From sequence record OV032902.1: 64,000 nt of DNA. One strand, given 5' to 3'. Made by a program: the position numbers and the translations under genes. Below are positions 10,327-19,000 of the stretch, piece after piece. Every line of letters starts with the position of its first letter. Within the stretch, counting starts at the first letter, position 1. The notes below the pieces were generated by a model. It saw nothing but the letters and a program-made list of their open reading frames with translations. It made no database searches and was not told the origin of the DNA.

Positions 10327-11006
10327 TGAATAAGACATACATTGACTTCGAAAGCTTGTTTGATACGCGCATAGCACTGCTACAGCACTTAGACAAGAAA
10401 GTCGTCAAACAGATTGTCAAAAAGGATTACTTCCGCAGACTGGATGATAACTTCTCCAAGATGGATAATCGAATCACTAAAATGAAGTGGGACGACATCT
10501 GGAATAAAAGAAGTGAGATTCTTGATTTGCGGTTGCTTACTTGTACGGGTGTTTATCTTGAGCTTAAGAAAGAGCGCACAGAAAACCTCATGATGCAAGC
10601 GTCAGGGATTGACGTAGAAAGGCATAGCATTGTTTTCAATACTTGGCCTTATACTCTAGAAGAGCAAGACAGAAAAGAATTAGCGGAAATACTAATAGAG
10701 ATTAATGGGGCACAAAAGGTACAGTTCATCTCACTGGCACCTGACTTGCTAACTATTGATTTCTTTCACAATGGCTTTGATAAGATTATCATGTACGAGT
10801 TTAACACTTGGCTTGATAAGCACTTCACTAATCTAGCAAAAGACCCTTTAATAAATACGACGGTTATTACACCGCTAATGTTTAAGGGAAATGCTACTCC
10901 TGACATGGAGTTGGGTGATCTTATTGAAACTGCTCGTGATCAATTAAAGCCTTATTTCAAGTACTGTCCTATGCCTGTAGAGACCTTCTGTTTCATGACG
11001 CCGTAA
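10326..11006 (+). CDS. Conserved hypothetical protein
   Basis: 226 aa, coupled, followed by a hairpin at about 11032-11057. Confidence 0.55.
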   Translation: MNKTYIDFESLFDTRIALLQHLDKKVVKQIVKKDYFRRLDDNFSKMDNRITKMKWDDIWNKRSEILDLRLLTCTGVYLELKKERTENLMMQASGIDVERHSIVFNTWPYTLEEQDRKELAEILIEINGAQKVQFISLAPDLLTIDFFHNGFDKIIMYEFNTWLDKHFTNLAKDPLINTTVITPLMFKGNATPDMELGDLIETARDQLKPYFKYCPMPVETFCFMTP

Positions 11007-11087
11007 GATAACCAGTAGCCTCCAACGAGGCTACTGGAAACTTGCGCATTGTCTTAAACATATTAAGAAATATATTATAGCTTTGAA

Positions 11088-11495
11088 TTACTCTTCGTCA
11101 TCTTCATCACCACCCATTACATCATCGTAAGAGGGTGAACCTAGAGTCGTAGACATGTTTTCATCGTTAACAGTCAAGTCAGACAAACGGCCTTCCGCTT
11201 TAGGTGGCTCGCGTTCTGCAATAGGTTCTGGTGTTTGGAAAGGATTAGAGTTACTGACTTTAAGCATGTTGGCAAGAGCCATAACTTGTTCACGGTCAGC
11301 AGTAGCATTTTCTTGGTCTTGGTTAAGACGCATCTTCTTAAGTTCTACGTCCGTAACGATCTTCATTGCGGCATTCATTTCTTTGTCGATGCCTTTACCA
11401 TCTAAGACGGCCAAGTATGCTTTTTGTTGTACAGCAGTAAGAAGCTCTTCGCCCGAAGGCATGATTGGTGCTGCTTCATCTTTTTCAGTTGACAT
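11088..11495 (-). CDS. Hypothetical protein with acidic tail
   Basis: 135 aa with GGAG RBS, ending GGDEDDEE. Confidence 0.6.
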   Translation of the reverse strand: MSTEKDEAAPIMPSGEELLTAVQQKAYLAVLDGKGIDKEMNAAMKIVTDVELKKMRLNQDQENATADREQVMALANMLKVSNSNPFQTPEPIAEREPPKAEGRLSDLTVNDENMSTTLGSPSYDDVMGGDEDDEE

Positions 11496-11531
11496 TGTAA
11501 ACTCCGGAACTATTTCAATGTATTTTGATAT

Positions 11532-11540
11532 CTATATTAC
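11532..11540 (+). promoter_or_regulatory. Early promoter motif CTATATTAC
   Basis: Identical copies at 46760, 51067 and 58041, all intergenic and on the + strand. Matches the TATATTAC early promoter known from phiKZ. Confidence 0.7.
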
Positions 11541-11577
11541 TCTCATGGAAAGAATCTTATAAACAAAGGAGATAATC

Positions 11578-12051
11578 ATGTTCACTAAATTCTTGCCGTT
11601 CAGACGGCTAGCGTTAAAGTTCAGATTATGGGACATTCAAACAGAATGCCCTATCGATGCTTTTCCATTTGAGACAACTAAGTATCTTATCAAAATAGGA
11701 GAACTGTTCGAAACATTAGAACGATCAGACTTCAATGAAGATACTTGTTTGAAAACTGAAATAAACCTTTCCTGTGATTGGAAAGAATTTATTATTAATC
11801 TTGAGACAGCAAAAGTTGCCATCGTTAATGACCGCAAAACTCATTTGCCTCACTCCAAGATTCCAAGTCCATATTCTGCCTATGAACTTATTCATCGTCA
11901 CGACCAAAGCTTCGACGAACTCAAACGTGAGTTAGTTGCCCTGGGCAAGACGGTAGAAAACAAAGGTGAATTGAAACGCTCAGATGAGCGCACACTTAAA
12001 CCTATCTGTGAAGATATAAACCGTATCGTTAGTTTGTTATTGGAAAATTAA
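11578..12051 (+). CDS. Hypothetical (early) protein
   Basis: 157 aa with AAGGAG RBS, after an early promoter. Confidence 0.6.
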   Translation: MFTKFLPFRRLALKFRLWDIQTECPIDAFPFETTKYLIKIGELFETLERSDFNEDTCLKTEINLSCDWKEFIINLETAKVAIVNDRKTHLPHSKIPSPYSAYELIHRHDQSFDELKRELVALGKTVENKGELKRSDERTLKPICEDINRIVSLLLEN

Positions 12052-12053
12052 AA

Positions 12054-12719
12054 ATGCAAGTTCATATCTATGACTTAATGAAAGAAGACCTACAAGTTGT
12101 AATTAGTGCAAACACCGTACTAGGAAGACTGTGGCGTTACTTCTTATATGAGATGCAGGTTAGACCTAGCAACTGGGATATCCTATTAACTAACTACACT
12201 GCGAAAGCTCGTGCAGTCTTAGGAGAAAAAGAAGCTACTAACTTAAAGGGGAATCTTCCAAAGCGCCTTGCGTGTGAGGACATTACCTTTAAGAACCTTT
12301 GTCGTGGCATTAGTGTTTTTGACTTTCCGAGAGTTGTTCTCAGATTGACACTCACTAAAGATGGCATCACAAAGGACATAGAGATAGACATCCCTCCGAC
12401 ATACGGAGAGGAAGGCGGCAAGTATCTGAAGGTTTTATGGAACACAATGATTAAGGAATTCCCTTATTGTGTTGAAAACTGGAAGGAACATGTAAAGGCC
12501 TATGCAGAGTACTGCAAAAAGGTCGAAGGCGCAGAGGTAGACAAAGTGTCTAATTTGCCTCGCGCCCTCGACGCGGACGCTTTAACATGGAACAGCTTTT
12601 ATAAGGGTTTCATGATTCACAATTTTGATGGTGCTGAAATCTCCCTAGATCTCTATAAGCGATCTTCGGCGAAACAGGCACGTTCTATCAGATTAGTAGT
12701 AAAGTCTTGTGACAAGTAA
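12054..12719 (+). CDS. Hypothetical protein with internal duplication
   Basis: Two similar halves: LWRYF...NW...NLPKRL...ITF and LWNTM...NW...NLPRAL...LTW. Confidence 0.6.
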   Translation: MQVHIYDLMKEDLQVVISANTVLGRLWRYFLYEMQVRPSNWDILLTNYTAKARAVLGEKEATNLKGNLPKRLACEDITFKNLCRGISVFDFPRVVLRLTLTKDGITKDIEIDIPPTYGEEGGKYLKVLWNTMIKEFPYCVENWKEHVKAYAEYCKKVEGAEVDKVSNLPRALDADALTWNSFYKGFMIHNFDGAEISLDLYKRSSAKQARSIRLVVKSCDK

Positions 12720-12810
12720 ACAGAGAGCCCCTCGTGGGCTCTCTTGTTATCTTCTCTTTTTTATTTTTTTTTTGTTCAATCATATAGTCTATTTAAAGAG
12801 GATAACCATT

Positions 12811-13890
12811 ATGGGTATGGCAGACTTAAGTAGAACCACTTTTACGAACAAGCCTGACGTCTCTAAGATTGTACCTGATGTATATGATGAACAGGCCGTA
12901 AGTGACTTCCTTAAATCGAAAGTAACTGACAGTGTTACATCTTTACAGAAGTTGTTTCCTGACATTCCAACTGACGCTCTTACTTTGGGCCCATCTAAAG
13001 ATCTATTAGGTTTAGGTGAATCTACAGTAGAAGACGTATTAAGTTCTATCGGTTCTGCGGACGGACTGATTGATATGTTCCGTGTGGTGCGTTCTAATAA
13101 ACCACCACTAGTTAAAATAGAAGACCTTTTATCTTCGTGGGGTCTACCAACATTAAGCGAAGGTTTTAAAGCAGCGCGTGAGTTTCTTAGCCCTGCTAAA
13201 TGGAAAGCGATAACCGCAGAATACATGGATGGTGTTTTCAAGAACTATCAGGAGATGGCTAAGCTGATAGGTATTGATTGTGGATTCTGTGGGAGTTACT
13301 GTGGCATGACCGGTAACCAGTATGGCGGCGAGTATTCAGAGAATGAACTTTGGAATTCTGCATTCATGCTAGAAGAGCTTCGTGATCTATTTGAATGTTT
13401 CTTGTTTGATCAAGCTATCGCACTAGTCGACAATTTCTCTGGCGGACTAGTTAGTGATGGCACACTCCAGAAAGTAATGTCATTGGGTAGCAGATATGCG
13501 GCTAAGCTACAGAAGATTGACATCGTTAAAGACTGGATTGAACGTGCGGGCGATTCATTCAGAGAAGAAGACCGTCGTCAAGTTACTATGGCCATGATTG
13601 AAGGTTACAAGATAGACCCTAGTCTAAAAGTGAGCGAATATGAATCAGAGTCTATTCGTATCGCAAGCGACTTGTCTTCTATTAGCCCTGATTGGTATTA
13701 CTCTAGCATCGAGAACAATAGAGTACTTACCAGTAAATATCTTGATCAAGTTAGTTCTGATTTCGTTAAGATAATGTCTTTCCATCCAGAGTATTGGGCA
13801 CTAGGTATCGTAGAGGAAACCTTTGACCCTGTAACCATCCCTTGGAAAGAAGCAGCTTTGGAAGATTTTCCTACCTTGCGTTTTTTATAA
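12811..13890 (+). CDS. Putative virion protein (start moved to MGMADL)
   Basis: AAGAGG RBS before ATG 12811. The longer ORF start runs through a terminator and T-tract. Confidence 0.55.
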   Translation: MGMADLSRTTFTNKPDVSKIVPDVYDEQAVSDFLKSKVTDSVTSLQKLFPDIPTDALTLGPSKDLLGLGESTVEDVLSSIGSADGLIDMFRVVRSNKPPLVKIEDLLSSWGLPTLSEGFKAAREFLSPAKWKAITAEYMDGVFKNYQEMAKLIGIDCGFCGSYCGMTGNQYGGEYSENELWNSAFMLEELRDLFECFLFDQAIALVDNFSGGLVSDGTLQKVMSLGSRYAAKLQKIDIVKDWIERAGDSFREEDRRQVTMAMIEGYKIDPSLKVSEYESESIRIASDLSSISPDWYYSSIENNRVLTSKYLDQVSSDFVKIMSFHPEYWALGIVEETFDPVTIPWKEAALEDFPTLRFL

Positions 13891-13897
13891 AGGATAA

Positions 13898-13921
13898 CCC
13901 CTCTCCCTTTCGGGAGAGGGG
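13898..13921. terminator. Terminator hairpin between convergent genes
   Basis: CCCCTCTCCC-TTTC-GGGAGAGGGG. Confidence 0.7.
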
Positions 13922-13925
13922 AGTC

Positions 13926-15974
13926 CTAAAGATCGCCGTACTTCATGATTGAGCTTAATGTCTTACCAGGCATTGTCCCCGCAAACCATTGAGAGAAGTA
14001 AGCAGGAGAATAGATAGTATTCCAGGTTGCTAGCGATTTACGCCAAGCACGTTTTAAACGTTTACCCATGAAGTACTGGTTAGTTAGGTCAAGACCAGAA
14101 AGCGAAGTCAAGAAATCACTAAAGGTTGTATCTTCGTCGAACGCTGAGAAAGTTAGAGCTTCTTTAGCTACAGAATCAGAAAGAGGCATAGAGATGTCTT
14201 TATCTAGATTCTCAACTGTGAAGGTTACTTTGATTGCTGTCGGTAGACCGTCAACAGAGCGACCAATGTTTGAAGAACCGATTTCAAGATTCAGGTTACT
14301 GATGATACCAAGCTTGATTTCCTCAAAGCCCTGAGAGTGTAGACGCACAAGGAAAGGAGAGTCGTAAGAGTTCTTACCTGTTTGACGAGGAAGAACACCA
14401 GCTAGTAAACAACATAGTGGAAGATAAACACGAGTAAGGATAGAGTAGCGGTTACCGTAAGGAGTTGCAAGAGTCAGCGAGTACTGCGTACCATTAAGCT
14501 CAGCAGAGCTATCATCGTATACGTCCGTCATTGACATCTTAGCACCAGCAGCTAGACCAGTTGTTAAGCCAGTAATACCTACTTGGTCAACCACACCTGT
14601 TAGAAGATTCTTAACGCCACTTACAGCAGACTCGATCGCATCTAATGCAATGTTGTCGCCGATGTTACCACCAAAGAAAGTATAGTTAAGGTTCTTAGCA
14701 GCATCAGCCGCACCATTAACTGTTTCCTTCATTGGCGCTTCTTTAGTAGAGTTAGTAAACGAGTGAGAGATAGGACCAGTCTTATCCACTTCAAACGTTA
14801 CGAACGCAGAACCTTCCTGTAGGTCGGCACGAGCATACTTAGCAAAGTCCTCGAACTTACTAAAGATACTACGGTCTTCCTCACCTGTCGGGTTTTCTTG
14901 GTTAGGTACACTAGAGGCTACAGGTTGTCCAGTATCTCCTTCTTCGCGCAATAGATCGTTTTGCACGGCTTCTTCACCTTTACCCATTGTAGAGTTAGAG
15001 TAGAAATCGTCAATATATTTACGACCACCGAAACGAGGAGCTGGTTCAACTAGACTTTGGTTACGTGCCACTTCTTGAAGAGCAGACTGAATATTAAAGA
15101 TACCTTCTTCTCTTGAAGAGTTTGCTTCTCTTTCCTCTAGACTAGTTACGTACTCATTGAACTCGTTAGCCATACGCTGAGAACGAGATGCAATAGACTT
15201 AACATCTAGATGATAACCATCAGAGAATCCTGAACGCAATACGTCAGGGATAAGCTGAGAGATACGTTCCATGAAACCACTATCCAGTAGATTGCCAGAT
15301 AGCTCTACATCACCAACGTTTTCTTTACCGTTAGTATCATAGCCTGTGTATGAATCGGTTAAACCCATGTCAACCATAATCTTGTTAAAGATCATTGACA
15401 CCGAGTTCCAGTACAACGGCATTGCAGGATTCAGGTAGTAGTACTTAGAGTACGGGTTACCCGACATTGTCGATGCGATGCGATTGTATAAATAGTTAAT
15501 ACCGTAAAACGTTTGCAGCGGCAAAGTAAATAGTGCGCCTATTGTTCGACCAAGTTTGTATAAAACTGGCGAGGCTGTACCGTACTTAACCAAAGCACCC
15601 ATATCGGCATCGTAATAGTTAGCCAGAAAAGCTGTCATTGAGTTATGCTTGGGAATACCAAACTGCAAAGAGATACGCTGGGCGTTATCGTCTACTGCTT
15701 CTTTATAACCCATACCCATAGACTTACATGTTTTAGAAACAGTATTTATCTTAGGGTCAGAAAAACGACAGAACTGTGGCTTGGGGTTGATGGAACGGTT
15801 TCCACCTAGAGTTGTATCATAGAAGTTTAAAGTCTGACTCATGTCAGTACTATTCGAGCCCGCACCACCAATGTAAAATTTACGTTTTACTTGGTCAGCA
15901 GACGGACGTCTAAAGAACGCCTGTTTAACCCAACGGCTATCAGTCGTCTTTGTACTTTCAGTTACGTACATCAT
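13926..15974 (-). CDS. Virion structural protein (phiKZ gp182-like, baseplate/tail)
   Basis: 682 aa, directly downstream of the giant tail protein, as in recalled phiKZ synteny. Confidence 0.6.
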   Translation of the reverse strand: MMYVTESTKTTDSRWVKQAFFRRPSADQVKRKFYIGGAGSNSTDMSQTLNFYDTTLGGNRSINPKPQFCRFSDPKINTVSKTCKSMGMGYKEAVDDNAQRISLQFGIPKHNSMTAFLANYYDADMGALVKYGTASPVLYKLGRTIGALFTLPLQTFYGINYLYNRIASTMSGNPYSKYYYLNPAMPLYWNSVSMIFNKIMVDMGLTDSYTGYDTNGKENVGDVELSGNLLDSGFMERISQLIPDVLRSGFSDGYHLDVKSIASRSQRMANEFNEYVTSLEEREANSSREEGIFNIQSALQEVARNQSLVEPAPRFGGRKYIDDFYSNSTMGKGEEAVQNDLLREEGDTGQPVASSVPNQENPTGEEDRSIFSKFEDFAKYARADLQEGSAFVTFEVDKTGPISHSFTNSTKEAPMKETVNGAADAAKNLNYTFFGGNIGDNIALDAIESAVSGVKNLLTGVVDQVGITGLTTGLAAGAKMSMTDVYDDSSAELNGTQYSLTLATPYGNRYSILTRVYLPLCCLLAGVLPRQTGKNSYDSPFLVRLHSQGFEEIKLGIISNLNLEIGSSNIGRSVDGLPTAIKVTFTVENLDKDISMPLSDSVAKEALTFSAFDEDTTFSDFLTSLSGLDLTNQYFMGKRLKRAWRKSLATWNTIYSPAYFSQWFAGTMPGKTLSSIMKYGDL

Positions 15975-16011
15975 TACTCCAAAAAGATGAGGGGACCGAA
16001 GTCCCCTTGTC

Positions 16012-19000
16012 TTATGTTCTGCCTAGATCGATGACAGGACTTGCATTTACGTTAGTCGGACTCGGTGTCTGTCTAACGGTCCCAGTTGAAGTAGGTTGTT
16101 CCGCAGGCTGGCCGATAGTGACAGGGTCTTTATCAACCAGTAGTTCCAGTAACTCAACCATACGTGCTTGTGACTTAGCAATAGAAGTAAGAGCTTTGGT
16201 TTGTTTGCCTAGCTCTGTGTTCTGGGCTGTACCCACTTTACTAATTTCACCAAGGGTGTCGTTAGTAGCATTGCGTTGTCCGATTTCGATGGCCTTATCG
16301 TTAACAGGAGGTTTAGACGGAGACTTAGAAGTATCAACATCCATAGCACCCACATCTCCACCAGCATTGGTGATGATTGTGTTCACTCCTTCAATTGTAT
16401 CTCCCATAGATTCCTTCTTCTCCTTGCGGATTGCATTCTCTTCGTCCTTGGCTTCTTTAGCCTCTTTCGTGCCATTGACGATGTACTTGAGCGGGTCATA
16501 CGTCTTGTACGCATTGGTAGCTCCTCCACGGATTTCAAAGTGCAGATGCACTCCTCGTGATTTGCCAGTGTTACCCATAGTACCGATCATGGTGCCTTGC
16601 GATATCTTGTCACCAACCTTAAGGTCAGCAAGAGTATGCATGTGGGCATAACGTGTATACCAGCCATTCTCATGTTCTATGTAAGTAACCTTACCATAAC
16701 TATCACTCCAGCCATGTCGACGGACAATACCGTCTGCCGCTGCAACAATAGGGGAACCTTCATAATCCGCCCAGTCAACACCACGGTGGAAAGTGAGCTT
16801 ACCCTTCACACGACGATTACCGTATGGAGAAGTCAATCTACCTTTACATGGTTTGATAATGCGGAATCCAGCGCCAGCACCGGAGGTTCTATTAGATAAG
16901 TCAGAAAGATCTGTCTTAGCTTGTTGCGACATGGTACGTGAAGGCTGCGGTACAGGCTTCGTTGCTACATCTCGATTCATCTTTGCCTGAGCCATAGCAG
17001 TGTATGCATCAGACGTTGTCATTGGCTTAGAAATTTCACCAGCCGCTTCTTTCATTGCCTTCTCAATATAGCCATCAGAAACCATTCGGTCTTCTTCAGT
17101 AGAAGGAACGTTCTGGTACTTCGATAAAAGACCAGTCAAGTAAACGTCTGCTTCTTCCTTACTTATGAGGCGAGTGATCATAGGATAAACCGGGACCATA
17201 AAGCCCATAGGGTTCTTTCTAGGATACGTCTTAACAAAGTTAAGGAAGCGTGGGAACTGAGACTCATCCATTTCATCATCGATGTCTAGGAGATCTACGT
17301 TCTTGTCAATCTGGTAAGCCGCACCATAGTGACGAGTGAATACCGGGATGACACGAATATTGAACCACTGGATAAGAGTGTCTTTGTCTGCTTGACTAGA
17401 AGGGTCAACGCCCCATAGTTCTGCAAACTCTTCAACAATCTTACTATTCTCCATTCGCAGCTCTACGCCTTTACGGGTAGCTCTAACATGGTCCATTAAT
17501 ACGTCTTCTGTTTGACGGATAGCTGCAAGATGGTCGTTGCTTTCGCTGTCAATACCATATTGCATGTAACGTAGTTTCTCTAATGGCTCTGCATCCAAAC
17601 GGTCTGCAATGTAGTTACCTAGTTCCCAGATGGTCCAAGCTGTACCCGCCGCAGCGATTACAGGAGCAGCAATAGTACCTGCTGCCAAAGCACCAGCGGC
17701 CATCACGCCACCTTTCTTAAGAACTTGTTTACCTACACCACTAGCGACTACGCTGCCTAATCCACGAGTAGCAGCCGAACGAGCAACGTTAGCTCCTGCT
17801 TTAGGAATCTTAGGTCCACGACGTCCACCGCGCTTACCACGCTTGCGTCGTTCTCCGTCACCAGCATCTATTCCATCTCCGCCCAAACCATCTACAACAG
17901 CAGTAGCTTTATTAAGAGCAAACATGCCACCTAGGGTTGCAGCGATTCCAGGAATGAATCCACCGATAGTCGTAAGTGTTCCAGCAATACCGGCAATGAT
18001 TGTCATTAGTAGACTATCTTTACCGTCGCCTTCTTCTTTTGACTTACGATCAATTTCACCTTGGTCTCCAGGTCGTTCCTGATTAGTACCTCGTCTAGCT
18101 ATAATGTCAGCTAGAGAGTTGTCGCGATCGCCATCGCCATCAGCATCGCCAGCAGGGCCGCCTGCACCATTGAGGGCCTCCAATTGAGCCAGTTGTTGCT
18201 GTAATAGATCTTGATTGATTACTGCGCCTTCTAGAGGCCAACGTGCAACCATGAAGTTTAGGATGTTCTGTAGAACTGTACCGTCAGACATAGCTGCTAC
18301 TTCATCTGGGCTAGGTTCTGAACCAGAACCACCGCGCATAGCACGGAATTTATCTAGACCCATGCCCGCTAACTTAATAGGAGCAGTAAAACCAAACTTG
18401 GTTACATCCCAGGCTAACTTGGCAGTTCCGCCTACAAGACCTAGAGTTTTCTTGGCCAGCATAACAGCGGCATTAGCATCTACTGCATTACCGTGTACGT
18501 CAACTAGTCCTTCTAGAATCTGTGCGTTACTTAGAACAATGTTACCTGCTGCATCTCGTACTGGGCCATCGATATCAGAAGGACGTCTTACAGGCTTACC
18601 TGAGACTTCTGAGAAGTATCCACCATTCTTCATCAGCATAGCTGAAAGAACAGGCATAGTCTCACCCTTAACATAGATATCTTTCGGACCATCAAACATT
18701 CGGTTGATAAGTGTGAATGGAGCAGTAACTACTTTCTTCACTACGTTCAATGCGAACTTGGTCTGTGCCATCCATACGCCGCCTAAAGCATCTAACCCGC
18801 CTCCAATCATAGAAGTTAATCCTTGTAAAGGAGTACCTTCTTTATCGAAGACACCAAGGTCCCAGTCAGAGGCCTTGATAATTTGGTTACCTTCAACATC
18901 GACTACTGGACCAGTAATGTCTTTAAGGCGACGAACTGGTTTACCAGTATTCAAGTCAGTGAAGACTCCAGCTTTAAGGTCAGCTACGGTAATAACAGGT

